DNA of 64,000 bases from Octopus sinensis (Eukaryota). The stretch covers positions 36,642,001 to 36,706,000 of the forward strand of contig NC_043000.1 in the NCBI RefSeq assembly GCF_006345805.1. Direction: 5' to 3'. Made by a program: the position numbers and the translations under genes. Below are positions 23,967 to 37,489 of this stretch, one piece after another (the stretch's first letter is position 1; every line of letters starts with the position of its first letter). Below the pieces are notes generated by a model. The model was not told where the DNA came from. It was given only the letters and a program-made list of their open reading frames with translations, and did no database searches.

Positions 23967-24866
23967 TGATACCCAAAAGTTCCAGGACTAGTTCTGTAGC
24001 GTGCCACTAGATGGTAGCACACGGTTGCGCGCGCAATAAGAACTACCAATGACCTTCATGGGGCTGTGGGCCGAGTGACATCGTTGTTTTTACTTCGCAA
24101 GATGTGAGATTTGTGTCCTTGTGATCCCGTGTAAGCTGTAGTCAGCGATTTTGTCATAGACAAGAAGCCAGAACAAAGACCAACGTGAAATTTAGGGAGG
24201 TCTGCTACAGAGACATTGAGCATGCTTCGGTAAGCTTAAGACGCAATGGGTTACACAGAATATTTCGAATGGCACGGCCGCTTCAAAAGCGGAAGAACGT
24301 ACCTGGAGGAGGATGAGTGATCTAGAAGATCGGCCACGAGTGCCACTCATGGGTGTGTAGAGAAAATTCATCGCCTTGTTCATGTGGATTGTCTGAAGAC
24401 AATGACATTGCTGATGTTGTTAGCCTGTCGTATGTGTGCGAGCAGGTGATTCTAACGTCCGGATTCTTCACTACGACAATGCACCCTGTCAAGGAGCTCT
24501 ACTCGTGAGTTTCTCGCCAGAAAGGAAAACCAAAAGAAAAAAAAATACATGGTATTGCTTCAACACCCGTTCGATTCGCCAAATTTATCACCTGCACACT
24601 TCCATCTTCTCCCCAAAATGAAAAGGCAGCTCAAAGGTTGCCGCTTTAATATCGTTGTTGCGATCCAGAGTGAATCGCAGAAAGCCCTCCACTCGATTAC
24701 AGAAAACATCTTCCAGGCCGGATTCCAAAAGTGGCAGGAATGCCGGGAACGATGTATTGCTGCAGAAGGGAGACTATTTTGCAGGAGATTAAAACTTAGG
24801 TAAATAAGTTATTTTTTTCTTTTATTAAAGAGAACTAGTCTGGAAATTCTTTGATACCACCTCATG
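23965..24866 (+). mobile_element. Mariner family A, internally deleted copy
   Basis: TIR ccaaaagttccaggactagtt / aactagtctggaaattctttgatacc and motif HPFDSPNLSPAHFHLLP. It lacks ~400 bp relative to 26761-28063. Confidence 0.9.
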
Positions 24867-25590
24867 CGTGTATATATACATAAAGATAAATTAAATATAG
24901 AGATATTCTATTGAAAATCCAATAATTCATTTATATTACAATATTACATTAAATACTATGAATACAATATATATAACATAATATTATATAAATAATAAGG
25001 AAAACAGTAAAATGCCAAAATTTTTCGACTTATATATATTTCTTCTGATATACTTAATATGTTAAATATGTAACACGTTTCACTACTCCCTCGCTTTTCT
25101 CTCTACATATATGTAAAAAAAAAACATAACTGAAACATCAACTAATAAAACACTTACATAAAACACTTGTATTGGCTAATAAAACAGTTATAAACACTTA
25201 TACCGGCTTTTATGAAACAGAGACACTTTTGAATCCGTTACATTTTCACGTTGCTAATGACTATATTTTAATTTTATAAACTTATATTATATAAAATAAA
25301 ACTTTTACTAGAAATATAAATCCTTAGATTATATTTAAAATAACCCAATTCTAAATTTATAATTCCGATATTTCATATTTCCGGTTCGAATATTATCGGC
25401 AAATCCCATTCGTCTTAAACATTTCACAAGAGGATAAGAAGCAACTACAGAACATCTCTTAAATTTCTGCTAATAATCGCAATTCCCATGTAAACCGTAT
25501 GAAACAGAATCCCACATTGCCCATCCCCACTGGTTATATTACATTTTTATAAGTATTTTCACCCCATCGCTTACAGTAAACTCTTACAAG

Positions 25591-25654
<64 letters not shown>

Positions 25655-25785
25655 CCGGAATAAGCACTTAAATGTGAAACAAGGTGGAAAAAAGAGTACT
25701 CAAATACTAGAGGTAGAGTAATATGCTTTACTTCAACTCCGAGTAACAGCTTCTGTTATATTTCTGCTGCTTTTAAATAAAGTGG

Positions 25786-25818
<33 letters not shown>

Positions 25819-26369
25819 GGCACGTGCATACACACTCCCTCACTCAATCACTCCCTCCCCCTCACTGAGCATTCCAGAAGTTTTGAAATTTTCAGAAGAG
25901 ATTTAATTTCAATTAATTACAAAACTAATCTCCTTCAAAGTAGGACCGGCTGAACTCAATACACGTTTTATGGAGCTGTAGCCACTTTGTGAAAGCGCCA
26001 TTGAAGTTCTTCCGAGTTTCCCAGATTCTTGTAATCACCTCTTCAACTTCAAAACGAGTGCACCTGAGGTTCTACTTCAGATTGGGGAACAACCAAAGTA
26101 ACAAGGAGAAAGATCTGGACTGTAGTGAGGGATAGTTTTAAAGTCCATTGCTTTCAGGACTTTCGTCAGAGGTCACCGGAGACTCCAGTACTCTTTGATT
26201 GGAAGTAATGAGCTCAACCTTTCCCTGCTGTCAGAAACGCGTCTTTCCTTCTGGTCGTCACTGAGCATCCCGGAAACAGGTACCACACAAACCCTGCATA
26301 TTCGGATCTTCATAAATAAGTGTACATTTGCGACAGCAACTTCAGACAGTGTTTATTGTCTTTATAGAC

Positions 26370-26540
26370 CAGTGGTTCCCAACCTGGAGTCTGCCGACCC
26401 CGGGCGGTCCGCCAAGGTCTGGGAGTCAGAGAACAAAATTCAAAACTTTATATATATATATATATATATATATAAAGGATAAGCATTTTAAAAGGGGCCC
26501 GTGAGAAAACTCATTTAAGTAAAAGGGTTGAGAACCAGTT
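26370..26540. mobile_element. hAT (Charlie-like) MITE with internal (TA)n
   Basis: cagtggttcccaacc ... ggttgagaaccagtt, with an exact 8-bp TSD TTATAGAC (26362-69 and 26541-48). Confidence 0.9.
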
Positions 26541-26760
26541 TTATAGACACACGATTATCTTCATCCGGAATATTGCCAATTTTCTCTACCAGTTCTGTTA
26601 TGGTGTTCCTCTCGTACCTGTCATCATTTCTCACCTCCTCAGTACTGTCCTTGAAACTCTTGCGCCAGCGAAACACATGTTCGGCTCAAATAAGATAATC
26701 TATAACGAGCCGGGGTCATTTCACAAGTACTTTGTAGCGTTTAGGCCAGTTTAATGCGTA

Positions 26761-28063
26761 CATGTTGGTATCAAAAGGTTCCAGGACTAGTTCTGTAGCA
26801 CGCCAACAGATGACAGCACATGGCTGCCTGCGCAGTGAAAGCTACCAGTGCACACCTCATGAGGAAATGTGCAGAGTGGCATCACTGTATTGACTTTGCA
26901 TGTTGTGGAATTTGTGTTTGTGATTACGTGTATGCTGTAATCTGCGATTTTGTCATGGACAGGAACAAAGAGCCAACGTGAAATTCTGCGTTGAAATTGG
27001 GAAGTCTTCTACAGACCATTTGAGCATGCTTTGGCAAGTTTACGGCGACGCGGCAATGGGTTGCACGCAATGTTTCAAGTGGCAGGGCAATTCAAAAGCC
27101 GAAGATCTTCTCCTGAAGAGGATGAGCGATTTGGAAGACCTACCACGAGTGTCACTACCCCCGCACCTGGAAATGTGGAGAAACTTCATCAGCTTGTGTA
27201 TGAGGATCGTTGGAGGAGAACCAACGACATTTCTGATGCCGTTCATCTGTCGTATGGGTCCGTGCAGACAATCTTAACGTCTGAATTGAACATGCAGCTT
27301 GTCTCTGCCAAGTTTGTCCCCCTCCTGCTGACCACTGAGCAGAAGGATTAACACGTCGAAGGCTATCAAGGTCTCTGTCAGCTAATGACCTATCCTTCAT
27401 GTCTTGAATCATCACCGGTGACGAGAGTTAGGTCTACAGGTACGACACTGGGACGAAGCAGTAGTCGTCACAATGGAAGAGCTCTTCATCTCAACGACCA
27501 AAGAAGGCACGACAGAGCCGCGGCTCAATCAAGAGTAAGCTCATCGTTTTCTCTGGCATCCGCGATATTGCATCGAGGATTCAGTCCCCCGGGGTTCTGT
27601 TACGATGTTTTGAAGCGATTGATGGAGGACATTCGGCAAAAGAGATCTGATCTACGAAGAATTGGATTCTTTATGATGACACCTGCATCCTGTCACTTGC
27701 AGCCTGTCACCCAGCTCTCCTCGCTTGTGAGTTTCTCGCCAACAAAAAACGACATGGTATCGCTTTCGCACCCGCCTTATTTGCCAGATTTAGCCCCTGC
27801 AGATTTCCTTCTCTTCCCCCAAGATGAAAAGGCAGACCAAAGGCCACCGTTTCATTTCCGTTGTCAAGATCCAGAACGAATCGCAGGTTTTCGACTCACG
27901 AACAGAAAACAACATCCAAATCTGATCCGAAAAGTGGCGGGAACGCCGGAACCTGTGTATTGCTGCGCAAGGTGACTATTTCCAAGGAGATGACGCTAAA
28001 ACTTAGGTAAGTAAATTATTTTTACTAAACATAACTAATGCGGGAATCTTTGATATTACCTCG
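26761..28063 (+). mobile_element. Mariner family A, near full length (1.3 kb), inactive
   Basis: TA TSD (26759-60, 28064-65), ~30-bp TIRs and frameshifted transposase motifs: KFCVEIGKS, EDERFGRPTTS, VSAKFVPLLLT, HPPYLPDLAPADFLLFP. Confidence 0.95.
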
Positions 28064-28214
28064 TAATGAGCTTCCAATGTTTCCTTCACGTTCTGAAAAC
28101 TATTCAGCTGTGACAAACAGTATTTTGTTGGGTGTGTTCAAAGTGCTGTAACAGCCATCTCCTCCAATCTGGTATAGCAAGTATTGGCAGGTCAGCTTGT
28201 TAGATATATATATA

Positions 28215-28334
28215 TGGCCTGCTCGCTTAGCCAGCGGGGTGGCGTCATTTGAAGGTGAAAACAATGTGAAGTGCATTGTGACCAGCGATGTGTAGTAACA
28301 TCTGATAGCCTGGTCAGTCACGGTGATCACGGTG

Positions 28335-28335
<1 letters not shown>
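28215..28335. repeat. Short interspersed segment between microsatellites, unclassified
   Basis: GC-richer block bounded by (TA)n and (TATG)n, ending in tandem cacggtgat units. Confidence 0.4.
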
Positions 28336-28417
<82 letters not shown>

Positions 28418-28420
<3 letters not shown>

Positions 28421-28668
28421 CTTTACTACCCACAAGGGGCTAAACATAGAGGGAAGAACAAGGGCAGACAAACGGATTAAGTCGATTATATCGACCCCAG
28501 TGCGTAACTGGTACTTAATTTATCGACCCCGAAAGGATGAAAGGCAAAGTCGACCTCGGCGGAATTTGAACTCAGAACGTAGCTGCAGACGAAATACGGC
28601 TACGCATTTCGCCCGGTTTGCTAACGTTTCTGCCAGCTCGCCGCCTTCCACGTTTCTGCCAGCTCGCC
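28418..28668 (-). mobile_element. SINE family B, young full-length copy with a duplicated 5' end
   Basis: Nearly identical to 58956-59185. acgtttctgccagctcgcc is repeated twice at the head. Confidence 0.9.
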
Positions 28669-28869
28669 TATATATATATATATATATATACACACACAAA
28701 CACTCACAGGGCGTGACAGAAGCAACGCCGACCCTTTTGCATATGTTTTTATGATTTTCTACTCCATAAATTTCAAGCATTTTTAATTTTAGATAATTTT
28801 GTATTTTATCATACATCGTTTCTTCTTTATTGCACCTACAATGGTTTAACCGTCCCAGAATGGTTAAAT

Positions 28870-29215
28870 CTTAATTTTGTACGGAGGTGGAGAGGATGAC
28901 TCAGAGTAATTTAGTGGCCATCATGATCACTAAATCCAACATCACCTGACTTTTGCTTGTGGGGCCTATTGAAAGATGTTTACCGGTTCAATTATCTGCA
29001 ATTAACGTAGAAGTATGTCAAATGGTTTGTGGAAGTGCTTCTGGTAGGGTTCAGAATTGTATTGATCGCCAGGGGGCGCGTTTTGAACTTGTTAAATAGT
29101 TTGATAATCATAACACACCACGTTGTTTTAATATTTACAAATTTTCTTAAACCACTGTAATCTATTTTCCATCAATAAAAGTTAATAAACAAAATACTTT
29201 TGTCGCACACTCTCT
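28870..29215 (+). mobile_element. Tc1/maT-like transposase 3' fragment
   Basis: A decayed WPPRSPDL..DF.LWG-like patch and CGSASGRVQNCIDRQGARFEL*. Confidence 0.6.
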
Positions 29216-29244
29216 GTGTGTATGTGTGTGTGTGTGTGTGTTTA

Positions 29245-29438
29245 GGGGGGGGGGCTGAAAAGCTCCTGGCTATGACTAAAAGGAAATACAAGGGTTCAGT
29301 TAATTGATTTTATTTAAGATATTCACACACACACACGTTGCAGCGGCCCTTCAGTTTTTCTAAGCCCTGTAAATGTTTCTATCTCCAAATAGATTTTTCT
29401 CGATACCCTTAAAGCCAGGAACTTTGCAGCCCCCCCCC
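29245..29438. mobile_element. Mariner-derived MITE (same family as 5823-6026)
   Basis: ggggctgaaaagctcctggct ... agccaggaactttgcagcccc TIRs. Confidence 0.8.
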
Positions 29439-29455
29439 TCTCTGTGTGTGTTTAT

Positions 29456-29486
<31 letters not shown>

Positions 29487-31679
29487 GATATAATACAAAT
29501 GTTTTATTGATCTTTTCAGTCTCTCTTTACATCGTAAAGAGATACAAAACTTTAGTTAAATATAGTCAATGAGAATATCATGTACTGAAATTATATTGAG
29601 TGCTCCGTTGTATAAAAATATTAATACTATTAAAGTATTTATATATTTAATACGAGCGATATATATATACATATATTTTTAATAATGTATTATTATTATT
29701 AATATAAGGAAATTAATATCCAAACTCATCACAAAGAGACAGAGAGAGAGAGAGTGAACATAAGAAGTGCAGGATGAGTACATATACGAAGCTTGGTGTC
29801 GAGCAGAGGAAAAAACACTACACACACCCACATAAACACACCCACATACACACACCCAGTGAGAGAGAAAGAATCGTAGGGACAAGGGAGGAGGAGGTGT
29901 AAATGAAAGAGTATTTATGAAAGAGTAATTCTAAGGAAATAAATACTTTTTTTAAAATTAGTATTTCCTTTCATCGCTTTCTATAATCACCAAGAAATTC
30001 GATAAAAGTTAAAATATAATTAATGTAGGTATGTTGTATTTTCTGATATTACCCATGAGGGTTAGTATAGTTACAAACGACCCCGTTGTATAACAGATGC
30101 TACTCTTTGTGTGCGTGTACACAAACGTTAGTACGTTAGATGTGTGTGAGCGCATAGACACACACACACACACACACACTGCAGTTGAAGAAGTCTTAAT
30201 TGGTGAAACTACAGTTACAACCAATCTCTCCATAAATATTTCCCACCACTTCACATACTGACTATCATTTGGAGTTTATTTCATATTAAAATAAAACCAT
30301 CAGATATAAAAACATGAGATTATGCAGGTCTGGATAGTTGCATAAGTCTTTATACATATGCGTATAGGTACATCTCTGTGTGTATGTACGTATATTGCCC
30401 TGAAACACCGTTCCTTATAAACATATGCTTCTGTTTAAACTAGGGAATTGCACAAAATCAAAAAAAATTAGTCTAACTTTCGGCTGTTTGGAGCGCTTTT
30501 CTTTTTTCGTAACGTGGGTTGGTTTCATATTCTTGTCGACTGTAGTCCGTGTTTGGAGTGTGTTCTTTTGTAACGCGGGTTGGCTTGATATTCTTTTCGG
30601 TTGTGCTTCGTGTTTGCAGCATGTTTCCTGTAAACTAATTCTATAATATAGAATCTATATCATCCGTTTTGGTCCTTGTGCGAGTTGTTTTTTTTTTTAT
30701 AGTGTGACTAAGTTATTTTATATTATTTCGTAAAAGTGTTTCTCATTTTAGATGTTCTGGTTCAGCTGCCGGGATACGAATGTCTCATATTTATTTTAAT
30801 ATCTCTTCCCACCTTTTAATAAGTCTACGCTGCTCTATTTCTGCGTATTGTGGTATAGCGTGAGGGATTAATTTTACTGTAAAGACAACTATCTCAATCT
30901 CTGACCGTTTGGGCCAATCCATTTCAAAATAACTCGTTTATATTATTCTGACGTATTAGGACATGGTAAGAGCATGCCCTGCTCTGTGATTCTGTTTGGT
31001 TAAACCTCATAGACGAATTTATTTGGTGTTTGTTTATTTTTCAATAATAAAGATTTTATGAATCGCCTTCCCATAATGTCTCGTACAACAATAGGTCTTG
31101 AATATTTATAACACTTTCATTTATATGCCTTCTTGTACACTGGAAATTTTAAAACCTTTCAAAGTCGTGACTAGTTGCTATTTTCCTCAATAACAGAGAC
31201 AGATACACGGTGGTATGGGTGCTGAATAAACAAACAACATGCAATAAAATTAACATAAAAATTAACAGCAGGAGAGTTCCCTTTCGATTATGAGAACAAT
31301 GCCATTGGCAAACATCTAAAGAACTATTTCTGTTAATAAATATTTTTGAGATTAAGACAGAATATTCTTTCACAACACGCAGTCTCTTTGAAAAGAAAAA
31401 CTGTCACACGATTTGCTTTCCAAAGCTAAGGTTTTATTTTTTTTCGTAATTCACGTCGAGTTCTTTGTATCAGTTCCTTCCGTTTTAGTTGCCACAGCCA
31501 ATTTCCACATTCCTACAGATTAATCGTCTTAGTTATATTTATGTCTGATTATCTTGATTTTGTTAAAAAAAAAATTTACTGAAAGTGTTCAAAGCCGCGT
31601 GCTTTGCCTTAGACTATTACGTTACCGAAAGCCGCATTGTTTAAGTTCAATTACATCGCTGAAACTATATTATGCCATA

Positions 31680-31885
31680 TTTGCCGGCTGAACAGTTACA
31701 AGACCAGACAAATGCTTAACGGTACTTCGCCCGTCTATACGTTCTGAGTTCAAATTCTGCCATGGTTGATTTTGCCTTTCATCATTTTGGTTCGAAAAAA
31801 TAAGTACTGTTTGAATGCTAGGGTCCATGGGTTCGATTATTCCCCTCCCCTCAAAAACTGCTGGTTCCATTCCAAAATTTGAAAC
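31680..31885 (+). mobile_element. SINE family B, old copy
   Basis: cgttctgagttcaaattctgcc core and an aaatttgaaacc tail. Confidence 0.75.
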
Positions 31886-32734
31886 CATTATTATTGTGGC
31901 AAACTCACAGAAACGTTTATATCAGACAAATTTCTATGCATTTTTTCTGGATCTTTTCTTTCTGTGTTCAAATTCCTTGGAGATTAACTTTTCTTTTCAT
32001 TCTTTCGGGATCGAAAGTAGCAGTCAAAAGGCTGACCGAAATATTTGAAATTAGAGCAGTTTCTTTTTTATTAAACAGCCACAATAAAAACTAGGAACTT
32101 GCCAATTCAACCCAAAAGCAGTTCACCGATTAAATATCTTTTAATTAGATTTTTGTACATTTTAGAACTAAAATACGAAATGTATATGATTTGCGAATGT
32201 AAATACTTTTACGCATGAACTTACCATGACTTCATTTATTTTCATCATCGCTTCTAGAATATTTTTTTTTGTTTTGTGTGTGCGTTTTTTCTGGGTTAAC
32301 TTCTCACCGAGGTCATCTTTGCCTTTCATCTCTCTAGAGGTCAATAAAATGAAGACGCCAATCAACCATTAATTATTCTGATCTAATCACTGCTTTCCTA
32401 CAACGGTTCAGTAACAATGAAATCAGATCACGATATTTGTTTTTTTACTTCAGAAGGAAACTGACACATTTTAAACGTGATAAATCATACTCCACCGTCA
32501 TTTGCGAGCGACGAATAAATGATTGTGACAATTCGTGTTCTCAGCAAACCAAACGACTCATCTTGACGTGTTCAATCGTAGATTACAGAGCAATTCTTTT
32601 TCTGTATAAGTGAACACTCTACATCCCTAGCTAAATGCTGTATATTCCTTCAACCACCACAAATTCTCCATTTCCAAGTGAATTCGTTAAAACGGTCTTT
32701 GAAGGTGTAGTCTTCAGTGATGCCAATATTGAAT

Positions 32735-33170
32735 TTAAATTTTGGCACATGATCAGCAATTTTGGAGGAGGGGGTCGTTCGATTGAACCAATCGCAGTGC
32801 TCAAATAACACTTATGTTATAGACTCCCCCCCCCCCGATTGACAGAATCTGAACTCCGAATGCAAAAACGGACGAAACGCCACTAAGCATAAATTTCAGC
32901 GTGTTAACGCTTCTGCCAGTTCGCTGCCCTTTGGGTGATGCTAATATTAACAGGAAGCAGAGTCGACAGAATCGCTTGTGCCCCGGACAAAATGATGAAC
33001 GGCATTTCGTCCATCTTCACGTTTTGAGTTCAAATTCTGCCGGGATCGACTTTGCTTTTTCGTCCTTTCGGAGTGGATAAAAACAAGTTCCAGTGGAGTA
33101 TTGGGGTCGATGTAATCGACTTGCACCACTCCAGCGTCCCAATCACTAGACTTGTGTCAAAATTTGAACA
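32735..33170. mobile_element. Two SINE B copies head-to-head (32735-32930 minus, 32948-33170 plus)
   Basis: Each copy has the head, gttcaaattc core and tail in opposite orientations, ~20 bp apart. Confidence 0.7.
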
Positions 33171-33502
33171 CTGGCCTTGTGTCAAGAATTGAAAGCCTGT
33201 CATCGAATCATAGTTGTTATATTTTAAAGATTATTCTTTGTGAAGCTAAGGACAGAAATGGCTACAAAATTCCAAATGAACAAAAGGGGCAATGACGTTT
33301 ATAAAAATCTCAAGATGTAAAAGAAAATGTCGATTACGTCACCATTCAGTGGAACATATTATGCTCTGAGGCTGCACCAAAATATAATCAAGTCTTTTAC
33401 ATACTGTAGTATTATGATGTTGCTAAAACAACATGCAACGCCATCGCTAGGAATGAGTGTCCTTAGATGAAGATTCAGGAAATTCCGTTAGAAATCTATA
33501 CA

Positions 33503-33640
33503 TAGGTGAAAGCGTGTCTGTGTAGCAGGTAACTTGCTTCCCAACCACATGGTTCCGGGTTTAGTCCCATTGAGTGGCACTACATAATTTATGTGAGTGA
33601 ATTTGGCAGACGGAAACTGAAAGAAGCTCGTCGTGTGTGT
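33503..33640 (+). mobile_element. SINE family A, 5' half
   Basis: ccaaccacatggttccgggtttagtccca ... gacggaaactgaaagaagc. Confidence 0.8.
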
Positions 33641-36227
33641 GCGCACGCTTTCGGAAACATTCCCTGTACGAAATTTCTCTCAGAAAGCATGGCTGAATCG
33701 TAAAAAAAAAACTTTCAAGAGCGCTTTAATAGCATAAGTTCTTCACAGACGAAACCCCTCTCAGGCAAATGTTTTGGCCGTTACCTTCTTACACTCTTAG
33801 GGGATCGGGCCACATCTAGGTCACGACTTCTGAGTGCTCTTATGTTGACATATTTTAGCCACTTGGATATCGGAGACTTGTAAATTTAAACCGCTTGAAG
33901 ATGTCTTGTACTTTGAACTACTCTCCGTTGGGTCAGCTTCCAAACTTAACAAAGAAATAATGTTGATTGTTATGGTAGAGGTGAAACGCAAATACCATCA
34001 CAATGACTCACCCAGAGATACTTTCCTTGAGGTTAAAATACAAAAAGTATTGCCTTCGAACGGAATGGAGGTAGTTGTTTTTCCCCCTCGATCAGTTCCA
34101 ACGCAAAATGCTACGCAGCGGAACTGAACCAGAGGTACAAAAGACTGCAAAGTGAACTTGAAGATCGATCTGCTAGAAACAGTGTTGAAAACTCTATCAC
34201 ATCCTCTCTCCCTCTCTCTCTATTTGATGCTTAAAATAAGAAGAACATTAGATAAAGGTAGTCCTATCCACACCCTTAAAATGGGGTGGTCACGACTGGA
34301 ATTCTTTCATCATAAATCCACTCTATTAGTTAACCTTGAGCTAGACGAGAACAATATCAACAGCACACGATATCGATAGTAAAGCTGCATTTCCTTGTTA
34401 ATATCCGCATCGCTATTGACACGGCCACCCATCCTGGCAATTATACTCGTGTTTCTACCTCAGGGTATCTCACTAATTCATATAATTACGGAATCATTTC
34501 GTTGCTTTAGAAAAACAATTGAAACTGCTTAACAAATAAATCTAGCTCTTCACAAGTTGTTTTGATTTTAAATATTCCTATTCTATTTCTTTCAGCGAGT
34601 TTAATTTGCCTTTCATTTCCTTTATCTCGATGCTTCCTTTCTAGTTCTCCATATATCAAATATGAATCTGTTTTTCTCGGAAGGAGGCTGGTCTCATATG
34701 TAATAATTAATTCATTCTCTCAGGCGTTCCAAACTGAAATTAAATCTACCACATGTCGAAATATGATGATATATATAATTATAAGAGAAGAGAGCGTAAT
34801 TATTAACGTGCAACGTTCGCTAAGAATCAGAATCCGAAGGAAGAAACTTGAAGACAGCAGCTTATTAGTTTTTCTTCCATTCTGATATTCAATCCAATCT
34901 CAGTTGTACACATAAACTCCTGGGGCCGTTTATTACACACACACACGCATTATATGTATGTATGTATGTATGTATGTTTGTGTGCGCAAATAAAGTATAA
35001 TATAATGTCTATGTAAAAGTAATAATGCCTGTATACAGAGATGTAGGGTTACAAACTTCTGTCTGTCTGTCTCGTTTATATATATATATATATATCATTT
35101 AATAAACACATAATTTAAATGTGAGCTACTGCATGTTCCCAGCTCGGATAGTTACAGTAATGAGAATGGCGTGTAACAGTGTGCTATGTACTATCCTACG
35201 GTACTTGAGGCAGAAAGACATGTTTATTTTTCAGCCTGAAGCCTTTAAATTTTCAGCATGAAATTTTCAGTAGTTCACATTTATTTTCCGTGCTTATTAA
35301 ATGATATTTGTTTTTTGACTGATTGAATGCGTTTTTTTTTAGCTCCAGAATAGTGTAATATATCATTTTACTCATCATTTACTCGTTTCAGTCATTAGAG
35401 TGCGGCCATATTGGAGCAGCGCCTTGAAGGATTTTCGTCGAAAGAATCGATTCAAGATAATCTTTTAAAGCCCTGTACTTAATCTGTCGGTCTATTTTAT
35501 ACAATGCAGAACGTGTCTCTGCTGGAGGTCTTTGGACTGCGCTTGCTACGATGTAACCCTCATTGATGCTCCAGATATTTTCCATTGCCATAATTGAGCT
35601 GGAATAAATGGATAATACCAGGAAATATTCATGCAATAATTATAATTTGAATTTTAGCAAATTTCTTGGTGCTTATACAGAGTGATGAAATGAATAATAG
35701 TTTTTCATAGAATAATATTTGTTGCCTTAAAATATCACATTCAATACGACATATATATAACAAATTCCTCATTTGTATATTTGTAATAAACGTTACTTTT
35801 TTCCCCTAAATTTCTTCAACATAATCGCAGTCTACGCCATCGAAAATCTATCACGGCTAAATTTCATTAAAAGAAAGATGTGGCCTTATGCCTATAGTAG
35901 AAAAGAGTAAACGCAGAAGAGCTGAATGTATGAGTGCGCGAGTATAAGTGTGCATATACATAAAACTTTCGAAGTTACTGTCAAGATACGAGAAGCTCAA
36001 CCTCTTCCCTATGTTCACATTACCTCACTCTGGTTCTTTCTCTTGCTTTTTCTCTGTTTGAAGTGAAGCGTGATTGGAGAAATAAATCAAACAATCGATC
36101 AATCACCCAACATTTAATGCGGTTATTATTAGAGATTTTTTTAAGGAAGCTGTTGACAGTGACTTTATGTATATGCACACTTATACTCACTAACTCGCTC
36201 ATACATTCATCTCTTCTACTTTTATTC

Positions 36228-36440
36228 TTTTCTACTATAGGCACAAGGCCTAAAATTTGGAGGAGGGGGATAGTCGATTTCATCGATCCCAATGCCTAAC
36301 TGGTACTTATTTCATCGACTCCGAAAGGATGAAAGACAAAGTCGACCTCGACGGAATTTGAACTCAGAACGTAGTGAGGGGTGAAATACCACTAAGCATT
36401 TTGTCCAGCGTGCTAACGATTCTGCCAGCTCGCTGCCTTT
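36228..36440 (-). mobile_element. SINE family B (ggcacaaggcc-tail subfamily)
   Basis: aaagtcgacctcgacggaatttgaactcagaacg core. Confidence 0.85.
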
Positions 36441-36766
36441 CTTCTAACTTTATTCTGACGTCGATAAAATCTCCCCCATTTTCCTACTGTAGTGTAAATC
36501 TCTCTCTTCCTACGTCTGGAATATTCTGTGGGGTCAAGCGTGTGAGGGTGCAAAATGGTTCTGTTTGCTCTCGATTCCATGGATTCCCAAAACTTTAGCA
36601 GGAAACATGGTTGATGTTAATACCAAATCCTACCCGACTGCAACAGGCAGCAGATTGCACTGTTATTACTTTGAATGTCAACCGTCTCTGTCACTATTGT
36701 TATGTGTTAATGGGTTCGTATGCATGGATATAGACGCATATATACTAACAGAAAGACGTATTTTTA

Positions 36767-36889
36767 CGAGGGGTGTATGAAAAGTTTTGAGCCTTTAAGG
36801 CCTTCGAGACTTGAAGTGTTGTACCTTCATCAGAAGTCTTGTACCATGTTTTGATTTTTTGAGGCTGAAGACTTTTCACCCACCCCTCG
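36767..36889. mobile_element. 123-bp mariner-type MITE
   Basis: TA|cgaggggtgtatgaaaagttttgagcct ... aggctgaagacttttcacccacccctcg TIRs. Confidence 0.8.
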
Positions 36890-37489
36890 CATATCAATAT
36901 AGGATAGACATAAGCTCAATCAACACATCGAGCGGAAAACGTGCTGGCGTGCACATATACATATATATATACATATACATGCAGGCGTAAAAACACGCGC
37001 ACACACACACTATATATATATATATATATATAGTGTGGAATTTTTCACTCCCTTATGACAATTCATAGTTCTATTTCTAAGGAACTATTTTTGTGACGCA
37101 CATAGTAAAATTTTGGAGGGAAAGTACGAATTCATTCGTCTATATGGATTTGGCCTATGCTCTTCTACTATTCCGATGACGCTGGCTCGGGAAGCGGAGG
37201 GTATGTATAGCATTTGAGAAATCTGAGTGGAATGTTGCGCTGAGAAAGGAAATGAATTGATTTATAATTCTAATCCAGAAACGCGTCCGTAACTAACCCT
37301 AGACTTTGTTTTCGTTATTTTTTCCTTCTGTTTTACATATGTGATTTACATGGATATGTTGTATGTGGAGTCATTTTTGTAGAAAATAGAAATAAAGTCT
37401 TTGACTGCTATTTCTGATTTTTCGGTATGTGGCTAAGCAATCTGTTGCTTCCCCTTTATATATATATATTAAGGGTACATAATATATAT

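Larger units (their letters stand above)
25870..28205 (-). mobile_element. Mariner family B remnant hosting two insertions
   Basis: Minus-strand HVFRWRKSFKD.TEEV.NDDR, DNRVSIKTI and DDQKERRVSDSRE-type motifs. Interrupted by the hAT MITE (26370-26540) and by mariner A (26761-28063). Confidence 0.65.
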
